This document shows, piece after piece, positions 63,213-64,000 of a stretch of 64,000 bases of DNA (position 1 is the stretch's first letter; the number at the start of each line of letters is the position of its first letter). Both the position numbers and the translations under genes were made by a program. The stretch is from Heteronotia binoei. Taxonomy: Eukaryota. Below the pieces are notes generated by a model. That model was not told where the DNA came from, searched no databases, and saw nothing but the letters and a program-made list of their open reading frames with translations. The stretch lies in NCBI RefSeq assembly GCF_032191835.1, contig NC_083243.1, positions 190,712,001-190,776,000 on the forward strand, given 5' to 3'.

Positions 63213-64000
63213 CTGAAACAAACAAAGAAACACAGTCATGCGCCGTATACATAACTAACTGTACACTGTTTGCACTGGCTTAGGATTGCCAACTCTGGCT
63301 TCGGAAATTCCTGGAGGTTTGGGGAAGGAGCCTGGAGACTGCTGGCCATTTGCTTCATGGGAACTGATTCCTGTGGTTTGGAAAGCAGCTGTAATGCCAG
63401 GCAATCTCCAGACCCCTCCTGGAGGCTGGCAACCCTAGGTACCGAAGACAAAAGCTGATCACAAAAGCAGATCACAGTTCCCCTTTAAATTATCAGCGCA
63501 GCCAGTGATTGAACATAGAAATGATCTCTGGGATAGGAAATGTCAGCCAGCTGAAATGAGAGCCCTAGGAGATGAGAAGCATTTTACGATTTTACGATTG
63601 GAGCGTGATTATAGCGGGTCAATTCTCAAATCAGCAATAAGGAAAAAACCAATAACCCTGGACAGCAGCTCAATGAATTTGAGACGGAAGCAACGGCAGC
63701 CAAGCCCGATGCAATTAATCTGTACAAATATTCAAAAATCCAGAAAGGATTGACATTTGTTTTGATGACTGTGTTAATTGTATTATTAAAGCAACCACCA
63801 GCCCAATAATAACAGATAGGAGGATATCATTAAAAGGTGGACTTTCAAATCAGCACTTAGCGTACATCTGCACCATGAATTTATGCCACTTTCGTATCCG
63901 CTTAATTGCCCTGGCTTTCCCCAAAGAGCTGTAGGTCCTGCAACGTGTCTAGGACAGATGACTCAGCACCCTCAGCATTTTTAGATACCCTTCCCCCATG

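Overview
This is eukaryotic (vertebrate) genomic DNA, not prokaryotic. The SINE, CR1 and MITE families present indicate a squamate reptile, most likely a gecko (inference). Two genes lie tail-to-tail: the last coding exon of SEC22A on + (659-859) and the last ten coding exons of adenylate cyclase 5 (ADCY5) on -. The ADCY5 exons are numbered 12-21 by homology to the 21-exon mammalian gene and run from 63212 down to the stop at 10059. All ten have AG acceptors (nine with GT donors) and a consistent phase chain, including a 33-nt microexon that the ORF track misses. The introns are a transposon archive. They hold a near full-length RTE-X-like LINE with a nested CR1 and a nested palindromic MITE, plus L1, L2 and CR1 fragments. 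They also hold three or more SINE families (tRNA-, 5S- and Sauria-type), many hAT MITEs with 8-bp TSDs, a hAT transposase fossil, a Tc1 fragment, a DIRS fragment and a Gypsy-type solo LTR. The most striking object is a near-perfect 154-bp-arm palindrome (49190-49503) from a Penelope-like element that carries a minimal hammerhead ribozyme on each strand. All family assignments come from motif recognition by eye; no database search was run.
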